From Octopus vulgaris (taxonomy: Eukaryota), in contig OX597842.1 in the NCBI GenBank assembly GCA_951406725.2, positions 13,640,001-13,704,000 of the forward strand: a stretch of 64,000 nt of DNA. The letters are read 5' to 3'. The notes beneath the pieces are model-generated. The model was given only the letters and a program-made list of their open reading frames with translations. It made no database searches and was not told where the DNA came from. A program made the position numbers and the translations under genes. How positions within the stretch are numbered: position 1 is the first letter of the stretch; each line of letters opens with the position of its first letter. Positions 20,955 to 33,544 of the stretch are shown here, piece by piece.

Positions 20955-21125
20955 GGCGCTGGAGTGGGAGTGTCTGTGTAGTAAGAAGCTTGCTTCCCAA
21001 CCACATGGTTCCGGGTTCAGTTCCACTGCGTGGTACCTTGGGCATGTGTCTTCTGCTATAGCTTCGGGCCGACCAAAGCCTTGTGAGTGGTTTTGGTAGA
21101 CAGAAACTGAAAGAAGCCCGTCGTG
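20955..21125 (+). mobile_element. SINE family C, 5' half
   Basis: tRNA-like head followed by the ccttgggca(a/t)gtgtc motif. Confidence 0.8.
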
Positions 21126-21431
21126 TATATATATATATATACTCTATTTAACTCTATTTATTTAACTATTATCATTAACCTGAAGATTGACTATAATTTT
21201 GAATCGAATTTATTTCAATTGAATTTAAAATTAATTGTAATTCGAATTTAATTGTAGCCATGAAACGTATGTAGTTTTTTACTTATTATATTATATAGTG
21301 ATCATTCATTTTTATACTTTTTGAGATCCAGTTATAAGTTTTATGTTTTATAAAAATATATATTATTTGTTATTTATGTTTTAGTTTATGTCTATCACTG
21401 TTTGGGTTGCATAATAGTGGTTTTATCTCTA

Positions 21432-21471
<40 letters not shown>

Positions 21472-21531
21472 GAAATATTAAAATTACTAAGTCTCTCTAA
21501 AAGAGAACAACGGCAGCGTTCCCGGAAAATA

Positions 21532-21874
21532 ATAGTTATCGCCATACTAATATGGCATTCTTATAAAAATAAGAATAAAGCTGTCCGCTTATTAGCTCCA
21601 TGAGGCCATCGCCTTAAGTTAGCTATTTGATACACAAACTGTATCCATATAACCTTCGAACAAGGGAGGTTAGTCGCTCCACACTACTTGACCGGCAGCT
21701 ACAGACGCGTTTCGGGGTATTGCCCCTTTTCAATGCAGCGTAGCCAGACTTGTTCGAAGGTTATATGGATACAGTTTGTGTATCAAATAGCTAACTTAAG
21801 GCGATGGCCTCATGGAGCTAATAAGCGGACAGCTTTATTCTTATTTTTATAAGAATGCCATATTAGTATGGCGA

Positions 21875-21881
<7 letters not shown>
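21532..21881. repeat. Inverted repeat, arms 21532-21664 and 21749-21881
   Basis: 133-bp arms appear to be exact reverse complements; the unit lies between (TA)n tracts. Confidence 0.95.
21698..21739 (-). ncRNA. Minimal type I hammerhead ribozyme motif, U3-A8 variant
   Basis: Minus strand: GCTGCA-TTGAAAA-GGGG-caata-CCCC-GAAA-C-GC-GTC^TGTAGC; stems I and II pair; palindromic ACGCGT in stem III. Confidence 0.75.
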
Positions 21882-21911
<30 letters not shown>

Positions 21912-21936
21912 AGATATATATATGTATATATATATG

Positions 21937-21970
<34 letters not shown>

Positions 21971-22254
21971 TATATACTGGTTTTTAAGCTAGTATAAAAC
22001 TTGTAAGCAACTGACCCTGGACAGGAAGATCTGTAAACAGATTTCTGACTTGTTTTGGAGAATATGTTGCTGTTGCTTTTTCCAGAGTCATATCCCCATG
22101 GTGATCATATTCGTCGCAGAAATCATGGAAAAAAAATCGCCGAATACAATCGCAGGAATAAAAACATAGGAATCCAAAATTTTAGGATTGCAGTTCCGGA
22201 TTCGGCCCGGAATCACTCATGATTTATTTTTCTTGCAATGGTGTCACTGTATTT

Positions 22255-23222
22255 ATTTCTTTATTGCTCACAGGGGCTAAACACAGAGGGGACAAACAAG
22301 GTCAGGTAAACGGATTAAGTCGATTATATCGACCCCCAGTGCACAACTGGTACTTAATTTATAGACACCGAAAGGATGAAAGGCAAAGTCGACCTCGGCG
22401 GAATTTGAACTCAGAACGTAACGGCAGACGAAATACCTATTTCTTTACTACCCACAAGGGGCTAAACACAGAGGGGACAAACAAGGTCAGGTAAACGGAT
22501 TAAGTCGATTATATCGACCCCCAGTGCACAACTGGTACTTAATTTATAGACACCGAAAGGATGAAAGGCAAAGTCGACCTCGGCGGAATTTGAACTCAGA
22601 ACGTAACGGCAGACGAAATACCTATTTCTTTACTGCCCACAAGGGGCTAAACACAGAGGGGACAAACAAGGTCAGGTAAACGGATTAAGTCGATTATATC
22701 GACTCCCAGTGCACAACTGGTACTTATTTAATCGACCCCGAAAGGATGAAAGGCAAAGTCGACCTCGGCGGAATTTGAACTCAGAACGTAACGGCAGACG
22801 AAATACCTATTTCTTTACTGCCCACAAGGGGCTAAACACAGAGGGGACAAACAAGGACAGACAAACGGATTAAGCCGATTATATCAACCCCAGTGCACAA
22901 CTGGTACTTATTTAATCGACCCCGAAAGGATGAAAGGCAAAGTCGACCTCGGCGGAATTTGAACTCAGAACGTAACGGCAGACGAAATACCTATTTCTTT
23001 ACTGCCCACAAGGGGCTAAACACAGAGGGGACAAACAAGGACAGACAAACGGATTAAGCCGACTATATCAACCCCAGTACACAACTGGTACTTATTTAAT
23101 CGACCCCGAAAGGATGATAGGCAAAGTCGACCTCGGCGGAATTTGAACTCAGAACGTAACAGCAGACGAAATACCGCTAAGCATTTCGCCCTGCATACTA
23201 ATGATTGTGCCAGCTCGCCGCC
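22255..23222 (-). mobile_element. SINE family B concatemer (5 units)
   Basis: Units of about 180 bp with the same junction as 17551-18520. Confidence 0.9.
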
Positions 23223-23510
23223 CTTTGTTGCTATCATATTGCCACTGGAGTAGATATGGAAAGTAATATTTGTACAGTAGATGAGAATATTACGTAAAAT
23301 CCATATTGTGCACACAACCAAGTCTCGTTGTAATTCTTACGGCTTATCTTCCATCTTTTGGTACCCGGGTATCATATAAGATTTTTGCTTTCCTTAGGAT
23401 GGTAACTACTCCTGTCCAATCTATGCAGACAGAAAAATCATAGAGAAATAAATAACTTTACTGTGAACACGAGCATTTATTCGGTTAGTTTAGACAATAT
23501 TAGTTAATTT

Positions 23511-23905
23511 AGGCGCAGGAGTGGCTGTGTGGTAAGTAGCTTGTTTACCAGCCACATGGTTCCGGGTTCAGTCCCACTGCGTGGCACCTTGGGCAAGTGT
23601 CTTCTACTATAGCCTCGGGCCGACCAAAGCCTTGTGAGTGGATTTTGTAGACGGAAACTGAAAGAAGCCCGTCGTATATATGTATATATATGTATGTGCG
23701 TATATGTTTGTGTGTCTGTGTTTGTCCCCCTAGCATTGCTTGACAACCGATGCTGGTGTGTTTATGTCCCTGTCACTTAGCGGTTCGGCAAAAGAGACCG
23801 ATAGAATAAGTACTGGGCTTACAAATAAGTCCCGGGGTCGAGTTGCTCGATTAAAGGCGGTGCTCGAGCATGGCCGCAGTCAAAATGACTGAAACAAGTA
23901 AAAAA
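23511..23905 (+). mobile_element. Full SINE family C
   Basis: Head, internal (TA/TG)n and tail ...gactgaaacaagtaaaa. Confidence 0.88.
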
Positions 23906-23977
23906 AAGATATATAAAAATAGGAAAAGATTAAACTTGTACGTATTTTAACTCAAAATATTTGTTTCATTCTTCCAG

Positions 23978-24049
23978 ATATTTGAGGAACAACCGAATAC
24001 AAAACTTTGAGGATGGCACCTTCTTATTCCTTCCCAGTTTAACTAAGAT
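23978..24049 (+). CDS. LRR exon 7 (YLRNNRIQNFEDGTFLFLPSLTK)
   Basis: ttccag| 72 bp |gtatgt, phase 2-2; intron flanks are unrelated to those of exons 1-6. Confidence 0.92.
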
Positions 24050-24414
24050 GTATGTACAGTAAATCTTTGTTTATTGGAAAAATAAAACTCTTTGTAAAAA
24101 TTAAATCATAAAAAAGATGTCATCAACTTCTCGGTTATTTAATACAGTTGACAATAAATAGCAATGAGTTTGTGTAAATTTTAGTGGGTCAACATGATTA
24201 TTTCCGAGAATTGTGTTTTTTATTGCAACATGTATATGTATATGTATATGTATATATATGTTTGTGTGTTTGTGTGTCTGTGTTTGTCCCCCCGCCAACA
24301 TCGCTTGACAACCGATGCTGGTGTGTTTACGTCCCTGTAACTTAGTGGTTCGGCAAAAGATACCGATAGAGTAAGTACTAGAAAAGAGTACAAGAGTAAA
24401 GGAAGCTTGGATTA

Positions 24415-24972
24415 CGAAGGGCGTTCAAAGAATATCCGAATTTTATTATTTCCTTGACACTCTCTCCATGAACAAATCCTCCGTTAAAACGGAATGCACG
24501 GATCCCCTGCTTATTTCAACTTCGTGAGTAATTTTCTGGATTGTTACAAAACAATCTTCAATGACTGTTTACCGAACCTTCTCAATCGGTTCCTCGTTTC
24601 GGCTCATTGATGGCCTGCCTGAGAGTGACTCGCACGCCACGGAGGTCGGGTTATATTTCAAACAGTTGTACCATTCTTTGAGATAAGTTTTGTTAAGGGC
24701 TTGCTGAAATTTCTAGATGTATAACCAGGCTTTTGGCAAAATTGGGAATAATACTCTAAGCGTTCGGTCATCTTGTGTGAAAACGAAACTCTGAAGAGCG
24801 CGCATTACGCGTCTGTACTTTAGGCGTAACGACCGAAAACTGACGTAACTTAACGACACAAAAATTTTGACGCATGCGCAGGAAGAATAACGTCGCCTCT
24901 CATCCAAAGGATTTTGCCCACGCACCAATAGTTTTGGAGGGAAAAAATTAAGTACTTTTTGAACGTTCCTCG
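24415..24972 (-). mobile_element. Internally deleted mariner-like element
   Basis: TA|cgaagggcgttcaaa...tttgaacgttcctcg|TA imperfect TIRs; decayed transposase N-terminal peptide (SGRPSMSRNEEPIEKVR) on the minus strand. Confidence 0.75.
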
Positions 24973-25041
24973 TACATTTGATAAATTGGAGTTGGTTCAA
25001 TGGTTTACACACCACTCACACACAAACACATATATTAGAAA

Positions 25042-25417
25042 CTGGCAGTATCGCCCGGCGTTGCTCGGGTTTGTAAGGGAAATAACTATATAAGCATTTT
25101 TAGAGAGTTATAGCCAAAAAATAGCAAAAAAAATGCATTAAAAATGGAAAAAAAATTATAGTAAATTTTTTTTAAATCGATGACTCACCGTAGACATTTT
25201 TAGAGAGTTACTTCCCTTATATAATAGCGAAAAAAATGCATTAAAAATGGGAAAAAATGATGGCAAATTTTTTTTTAATCGTAGACTCATCGTAGACGCG
25301 CGCTAATACCCAGAAGGGCTCGATATGAATCACGACTATAAGATACCCGGTTTTGGTTAAACTGCACCGCAAAATGTGGGAGTAGTTAGGAATCTACTTC
25401 ACTTTTATATATAAAGA
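25042..25417 (-). mobile_element. Non-autonomous Helitron-like element
   Basis: Same subterminal motif gcagtatcgcccggcgttgctcggg; ends ...atataaaga|t. Confidence 0.7.
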
Positions 25418-25775
25418 TTTAGGAAATCTCGAGCATGAGAGAATAACCGTGAAAAAGCTCAGAAGGTTGAGTAAAAATAACTATTTATGATGGGGAAAAA
25501 TCCGCAGCAGAGATTCGAACTGTATACCGGTCAAATTCCATACGAGTGGCCTGTACCTCTGAGCTAAACTATCTTTGATAATGAATGCTGTCTTTCATAA
25601 TGTTAAATCATAACTTTTAGAATGTGTAAGCATTTTTTTTTATATAAACAAACATTGAAATGTCGAGTGCGTTCAATCTTGTAGCCGGTTGCTGGACACA
25701 TTACTCCGTCTTAAAATTAAAGTAGTTTTACCCGACCTTCTAAGCTCTTTTAATAACTATTCTCTTGCGTTCGAT

Positions 25776-26345
25776 GTGGAGGCGCAATGGCCCAGTGGTT
25801 AGGGCAGTGGACTCGCGGTCATAGGATCGCGGTTTCGATTCCCAGACCAGGCGTTGTGAGTGTTTATTGAGCGAAAACACCTAAAAAGCTCCACGAGGCT
25901 CCGGCAGGGGATGGTGGTGATCCCTGCTGTACTCTTTCACCACAACTTTCTCTCACTCTTACTTCCTGTTTCTGTTGTACCTGTATTTCAAGGGGCCGGC
26001 CTTGTCACTCTCTGTGTCACGCTGAATATCCCCGAGAACTACGTTAAGGGTACACGTGTCCGTGGAGTGCTCAGTCACTTGCACGTTAATTTCACGAGCA
26101 GGCTGTTCCGTTGATTCGGATCAACCGGAACCCTCGTCGTCGTAACCGACGGAGTGCTTCCATCCGAGGCTCCGGCAGGGATGGTGGTGATCCCTGCTGT
26201 ACTCTTTCACCACAACCTTCTCTCACTCTTACTTCCTGTTTCTGTTGTACCTATATTTCAAGGGGCCGGCCTTGTCACTCTCTGTGTCACGCTGAATATC
26301 CCCGAGAACTACGTTAAGGGTACACGTGTCTGTGGAGTACTCAAT
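25776..26345 (+). mobile_element. SINE family A with a tandem partial copy
   Basis: A and B boxes; the body restarts at about 26166. Confidence 0.88.
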
Positions 26346-26586
26346 CACATACTTTATTAAACCACCACATAAGGGACTGTAGGGTTAAATATAAAAAAGC
26401 AGAACAAATCAGTGTACATAAAGGAATGTACATAAAAAAGTGTACATAAAAGAGTAATGTTGTATAATAAGTAGAATATATATACCATTTTCTTATCTTG
26501 TATATATATATATATATATTTATATACAACAGGATTTCCCTATACCTCTTTAGCACATTCACGTAGAGTTCTGTTTATAATTGCAG

Positions 26587-26756
26587 TGACCTCAAAGAAA
26601 ATAGAGACATGAGGTGTGGATGTCACCTGCCAGCCTTGGTAAATTATGTGAACAGAACGTTCAACATAGATTTGAATGTCCAGGGCGAGTGTCAGACAGA
26701 TCCAGGCAACAACCAAAGCAAAATTATGCCTATAATGGAATTCTCGCAATGTCAAA
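26587..26756 (+). CDS. Exon 8: last LRR plus LRRCT cap (DLKENRDMRCGCHL...GECQT...SQCQ)
   Basis: ttgcag| 170 bp |gttagt, phase 2-1; CxC...C...C four-cysteine LRRCT pattern; in frame with exon 7. Confidence 0.88.
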
Positions 26757-27066
26757 GTTAGTAAAATCTTCCTTATTTTTGTTGTTATTTTATTATTACC
26801 CTTGAGTGTGGCGACTTTGCACATTTGTTGACTCGCCGGACATAACGCTTTGAGATAGTTCGTTCATCGTTACGGTCTGAGTTCAAACTCCACCGAGGTC
26901 CATTTTGCCGTTCATTTTCTCGATGTCGATAAAATAAATATCGACTATCACCCTCCCCCACCCTCCCCACAAGTTTCAAGCCTTGTGGCTTATTACCACT
27001 AAGAAAACTCCGGGATATTCTCTCCTGCTCATATTAAATTGTCTACTAAAACAAGGCCCCAAAATA

Positions 27067-27436
27067 TCTCTCTATATATAAACGGCAGTTTGTCTGTGCG
27101 TGTTTCTGTGTGTCTGTTTGCTTGTACCCTCACCCTGACCACGGCTTTCAACCGATTCTGATGAAACTTGACACACACATAGCCCAATGCCATAATTCAA
27201 AACTAACGCAGCGAATATTTTGAAAAGTTCCCCCAGTTCTGAAAAAAATCGATAAATTCGACATGGGGTCGAGAATCAGAAACACAAACCACAGACTGTC
27301 TAGGGGATGCAACTCGACCTTTTTAACTAAAAAAAAATTTACCATCATTTTTTTTCCATTTTTGGCTATAACTCTCTAAAACTGCTTTATAGTTATTTCC
27401 CTTACAAACACGAGCAACGCCGGGCGATACTGCTAG
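27067..27436 (+). mobile_element. Non-autonomous Helitron-like element, complete
   Basis: A|TC...GC-rich subterminal motif...CTAG|T, no TSD. Confidence 0.8.
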
Positions 27437-27699
27437 TAAAGAATAAACGCTTTGCCGAGTGGTTAGAGCAGCGGACTCGCGGTCGAGGGATCACGGGTTC
27501 GAATATCAGACCGGGCGATGTGTTTGTTTATGAGTGAAACACCTAAGCTCCACGCTTCCACACCATACACATAGATAAACGCATGTGCACATATACTATC
27601 ATATACTTGCGCGAGCGCGAACACACACGCACAGACACATGGTTTCTCTAATGTACTTACACATAGAGTCAATTGTACCACACAAATACGCATCGATAC

Positions 27700-28103
27700 C
27701 TATTTCTTTACTACCCACAAGGGGCTAAACACAGAGAGGACAAACAAGGACAGAGAAACGGATTAAGTCGATTACGCCGCCCCCAGTGCGTAACTGGTAC
27801 TTAATTTATCGACCCCGAAAGGATGAAAGGCAAAGTCGACCTCGGCGGAATTTGAACTTAGAAAGTAAAGACAGACGAAATACCTATTTCTTTACTACCC
27901 ACAAGGGGCTAAACACAGGGGAGACAAACAAGGACAGACAAAGGGATTGTCGATTATATCGACCCTAGTACTTAATTTATCGACCCTGAAAGGATGAAAG
28001 GCAAAGTCGACCTCGGCGGAATTTGAACTCAGAACGTAGCGGCAGACGAAATACTGCTAAGCATTTCGTCCGGCGTGCTACGATTCTGCCAGCGCGCCGC
28101 CTT
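27700..28103 (-). mobile_element. SINE family B dimer with one TSD
   Basis: atacgcatcgatac at 27686-27699 and 28104-28117. Confidence 0.88.
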
Positions 28104-28466
28104 ATACGCATCGATACATGCCAACACAAATACACCAGAGTGCACATACACACACACATACGCACGCGGCTCTCTCTCCCTATTTCTCACTTCTACACTC
28201 ACACGTACCTTCCCATTCACATATCTACATAAATATATAAGCGAAAATTTAAGAGACAGACTCGAAACTGATTTGAAGTAGAGAATGGATATTGTTAAAG
28301 ACGTCGCGTTGGCAACGAAAGGACCACGACTCACTGATTCATGAACTAAATGAAGAACCAAGCAATGGATTAGTTAATTGGTTAAATTGCTAATCAATTA
28401 AACGAATAATAAATAAGTAAATAGAAGCAGTGCGTGTGTTTTAGCATAATGACCCTCTCGAAATAC

Positions 28467-28924
<458 letters not shown>

Positions 28925-29084
28925 CATCAAATTCCTTGGCATTCCACCCTCAAAATTGATGTTTACAGAAAAGTCAAACTCACTATCTTCAATTTTGTTT
29001 CCGTTTTTAGCCTCCCATTTGCTCATGAACGTTGGGTAATAAGCAACGTTCTTGAACATATTGCAGGTTTCGAATGATGCTACC

Positions 29085-29724
29085 CCAACCCCATGGTTCC
29101 AGGTTCAGTCCCACTGCATGTTTTCTACTACAGCCTCGGGCCGACCAAAGTGGATTTGGTAGACGGAAACTGAAAGAAGCCCATCGTATATATGTATATG
29201 TATATATATGTTTGTGTGTCTATGTTTGTTCCCCTCCTCCCCAACATCGCCTGACAACCGAATCTGGTGTGTTTACGTCCCGGTAAGTTAGTGGTTCGGC
29301 AAAAGATACCGATAGAATAAGTCCTGGGGGTCGATGTGCTCAATTAAAGGCGATGCTCCAGCATGTCCGCAGTCAAATGACTGTGTAGCTTGCTTACCAA
29401 CCACATGGTTCCGGGTTCAGTCCCACTGCGTGTTTTCTACTACAGCCTCGGGCCGACCAAAGTGGATTTGGTAGACGGAAACTGAAAGAAGCCCGTCGTA
29501 TATATGTATATATATATGTTTGTGTGTTTGTGTGTCTGTGTTTGTTCCCCCCCAACCCAACATCGCCTGACAACCGAATCTGGTGTGTTTACGTCCCGGT
29601 AAGTTAGTGGTTCGGCAAAATATACCGATAGAATAAGTCCTGGGGGTCGATGTGATCGACTAAAGGCGATGCTCCAGAATGGCCGCAGTCAAATGACTGA
29701 AACAAGTAAAAGAGTAAAAGAGTA
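29085..29724 (+). mobile_element. Two tandem SINE family C variants
   Basis: Both copies share the same internal deletions, so probably a local duplication. Confidence 0.82.
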
Positions 29725-29727
29725 CAA

Positions 29728-29867
29728 GATTATTATTATTACTACTACTACTACTAATATTATTATTATTATTATTACTACTACTACTACTATTATTATT
29801 ATTGTTATTATTATTATTATTATTACTATTATTATTATTATTATTATTACTACTACTATTATTATTA

Positions 29868-29905
<38 letters not shown>

Positions 29906-29909
29906 GTTA

Positions 29910-29952
<43 letters not shown>

Positions 29953-30080
29953 TACTATTACTATTATTATTATTATTATTATTACTACTACTATTATTAT
30001 TAACATTATTATTATTATTGTTATTATTACTATTACTATTACTATTATTATTATTATTATTACTACTACTATTATTATTA

Positions 30081-30117
<37 letters not shown>

Positions 30118-30150
30118 TACTATTACTATTATTATTATTATTATTACTAC

Positions 30151-30195
<45 letters not shown>

Positions 30196-30257
30196 TACTA
30201 TTATTATTATTATTATTATTACTACTACTATTACTATTATTATTATTATTATTATTA
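29728..30257. repeat. (ATT/ACT)n microsatellite (complementary (AAT)n tracts at 31092-31536 and 32423-32682)
   Basis: Directly visible. Confidence 0.95.
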
Positions 30258-30260
30258 GTG

Positions 30261-31099
30261 AGTGAGAGAGCAGTTCATGCCATCAAAGTGACACTGGGGT
30301 AAAATATACGAAGCCCAATATACCCATCATGACTACCCGTCTGATAAGGGTACACCAGGCACATGCATCACAACCATATGTGCGCGACATGGTGATCTCA
30401 TATCAAGATAAACAGCACATGACCTTGCAGGTGGGGCCCAGTTAGAATTTTCTTCAGGTTGAGTAGCCCATCCCGCTCAAACGGTCCCTGAATAAGGGTT
30501 GTTTAAGGATGTTGAAAGAACCACCCATGTTTCCAGAGGTGAATTATTCAACCCCCAAAGAATCCCTCTCAACACATGGCTATGATGCTCCCCCACTACT
30601 TCTGCTCGTGATCAGAGATGCACATATCGTCAGCCACTAAGGGACATGCTCAACTGGTTAAGGTCAAACAACTGACAAGCAAATCTGTGGTATTGAGCAG
30701 AATATTTGCTGTAGCCCATCTTTTATACCAAGACAAAACAATGTACATGATAACACTTCCAATCAGTTAAGATCAGAAGCCATGAGAGCCTTTGCCTGGT
30801 ACTGCATCAGGGCATCTAAGGGACTACTATTATTATTATTATTATTGTAAGCTTGGATTATGAAGAAAGGAAAAAGTAGTGATAGCAAAATCCAAAGAGA
30901 CAAGGGCAACAAATAGCTCTCATAGTTTTCTTGGTTGAATTTGAATCGTAACTGAAGCAATTGCGATTGAAAATCGTAACATATTTGTAGTCTTCATTAA
31001 TAATGTGGTTTATATGTCTCACATGTATTGGTACCCAAACTAACACACACACATTTGCTTTGCACTTGGAAGTAGTTATTTCCTCTTTTTATAATGATG

Positions 31100-31160
<61 letters not shown>

Positions 31161-31261
31161 AAATAATAATGATAATAATAATAATAATAATAATGATAAT
31201 AATAATAAAAATAATGATAATAATGATAATAATGATAATAATGATAATAATAATAATAATG

Positions 31262-31334
<73 letters not shown>

Positions 31335-31441
31335 TGATAATAATAATAATGATGATAATAATAATAATAATGATAATAGTAATAATGATATTAATAATAA
31401 TAATAATATTAATGATAATAATAATGATAATAATAATAATG

Positions 31442-31487
<46 letters not shown>

Positions 31488-32079
31488 TGATGATGATGAT
31501 AATAATAATAATAATAATGATAATAATAATAATAATCCAGTAGCAGGTAGTGGCTCTCGTGGCTTCTGATCTTAAACGATTGGAAGTGTTATCATGTATA
31601 TTGTTTTGTCTTGGTATAAAAGATGGGCTACAGCAAATATTCTGCTCAATACCACAGATTTGCTTGTCGGTTGTTTGACCTTAACCAGTTGAGCAAGTTC
31701 CCTTGGTGGATGACGATATGTGCATCTCTGATCACGAGCAGAAGTAGTGGGGGTATATCATAGCCATATGTTGAGAGGGATTCTTTGGGGTTTGAATAAT
31801 TCACCTCTGGAAACATGGGTGTTTCTTTCAACATCCTTAACCCTTATTCAGGGACCTTTTGAGCAAGATGGGTTACTTGACCAGAAGAAAATTCTAACTG
31901 GGCCCCACCTGCAAGGTCATGTGCTGTTTATCTTGATATGAGATCACCATGTCGCGCACATATGGTTGTGATGCATGTGCCTAGTGTACCCTTATCAGAA
32001 GGGTAGTCATGATGGGTATACTGGGCTTCGTATATTTAACCCGAGTGTCACTTTGATGGCATGCACTGCTCTCTCACTC
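30261..32079. repeat. Inverted pair of an approx. 530-bp (AAT)n-embedded interspersed repeat (about 30261-30815 and 31537-32079)
   Basis: gagtgagagagcag...gatcagaagccatgagagcc matches the reverse complement of ggctctcgtggcttctgatc...ctgctctctcactc. Confidence 0.88.
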
Positions 32080-32098
32080 AATAATAATAATAATAATA

Positions 32099-32141
<43 letters not shown>

Positions 32142-32174
32142 TGATAATAATAATGATAATAATAACTAAAAAAA

Positions 32175-32422
32175 TGCACCCTTTTAAAGCCTATCCAGGC
32201 TCATGGGCCCGGTTCCCCGGTTTGTATGGTGTATGTGTTTCCCAGCTGGACGGGATGCCAGTCCATCGCAGCGTTACTCATTTTTGCCAGCTGAGTGGAC
32301 TGGAGCAATGTGAAAAGAAGTGTTTTGCTCAAGAACACAACGCGTCGCCCGGTCCCGGAATCGAAACCACAATCTTACGATCATGGTGCTGACACCCTAA
32401 CCACTAAGCCACGCACCTCCAC
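32175..32422 (-). mobile_element. tRNA-derived SINE family D (related fragment at about 53740-53835)
   Basis: Minus strand ggaggtgcgtggcttagtggttagg...ggtttcgattccgg gives A and B boxes. Confidence 0.75.
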
Positions 32423-32447
32423 AATAATAATAATAATAATAATAGTA

Positions 32448-32483
<36 letters not shown>

Positions 32484-32683
32484 GTAGTAGTAGTAGCAGT
32501 AATAATAATAATAATAATAATAATAGTAGTAATAATATAAATAATAATAATAATAATGATATTAATAGTAGTAATAATAATAATAGCAATGATAATAATA
32601 ATAGTAGTAGTAGTAGTAATAATAATAATAATAATAATAATAATATTAGTAGTAGTAGTAGTAATAATAATAATAATGATAAT

Positions 32684-33252
32684 GGAACTTACATACATTG
32701 GAAGCTATGCCAACATTATGGAATAACAACAGAAAAAAGATGGTATAGGCACACACCAGAAAAGGTCACAGAAAACGAGAAAGCAACCATACTCTGGGAT
32801 ATGCCGATACACACAGATAGAGAAATTAAGGCCAACAGACCAGATATAGTTGTCAGAGATCATGAAGAAAAAAATGCTTTCTAATTGATGTATCAGTACC
32901 GGCAGATGACAACGTGTCTCTAAAAGAAATGGAGAAACTCTCAAAATACAAAGACCTGGAAATAGAGGTAACTAGAATGTGGAATCTGAAAACAGAAACA
33001 ATTCATAGTAGGTGCATTAGGCATGATAAAAACATATTCAGACAAATACATAACAAAAACACCAGGACTTACAAACACATATAACATACAGAAAATTGCA
33101 CTACTAGGCACTGCACACATCCTACGCAGAACACTTTCCATACAATAACCATCAGAGCATCACAACAAATCACAGCACATACCCAAGGCACACAGAGCTG
33201 CGCTCGGTAGTGAAGTGAAAGCACGCTATAAAAATAAAAATAAAACTACTGA
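32684..33252 (+). mobile_element. 3' end of an R4/Dong-like non-LTR retrotransposon (restriction-like endonuclease domain)
   Basis: Translates, with frameshifts, to IHWKLCQHYG...ILWDMPIHTDREIKANRPDIVV...LIDVSVP...EKLSKYKDL...IVGALG...ALLGTAHILRRTL*; embedded in (TAA)n, the known Dong target. Confidence 0.88.
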
Positions 33253-33347
33253 ATAATAATAATAATAATAATAATAACAATGATGATGATAATGATAATA
33301 ATTATACGTTAGGCTCCTAAATATCTGTATTTAATTATATTGCGTAG

Positions 33348-33439
33348 ATTACTCGTTATTTCAACGGAATTTGCAATGTCAGACATGTTCACGGATGACG
33401 TGCAGCGCTTCAGATGTAAGAAGCTGTCCCGAAGCAGAG
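33348..33439 (+). CDS. Exon 9: N-terminal half of the Ly6/uPAR domain (YSLFQRNLQCQTCSRMTCSASDVRSCPEAE)
   Basis: gcgtag| 92 bp |gtaaac, phase 1-0; LxCxxC start motif of LU domains; phases match exons 8 and 10. Confidence 0.85.
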
Positions 33440-33544
33440 GTAAACAGAAATGTTACTTTATTCTTTTCTCTTATAAAATGTCCACAGCCGTCAGTGACTG
33501 CTTGTGTGGCCAGGGAACTTGCATCATGCTTTCGCTATTTCTTT

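Noticed and set aside
29669-32698. Poly-Ile/Leu/Asn ORFs
   Set aside because: Translations of (ATT)n/(AAT)n microsatellites.
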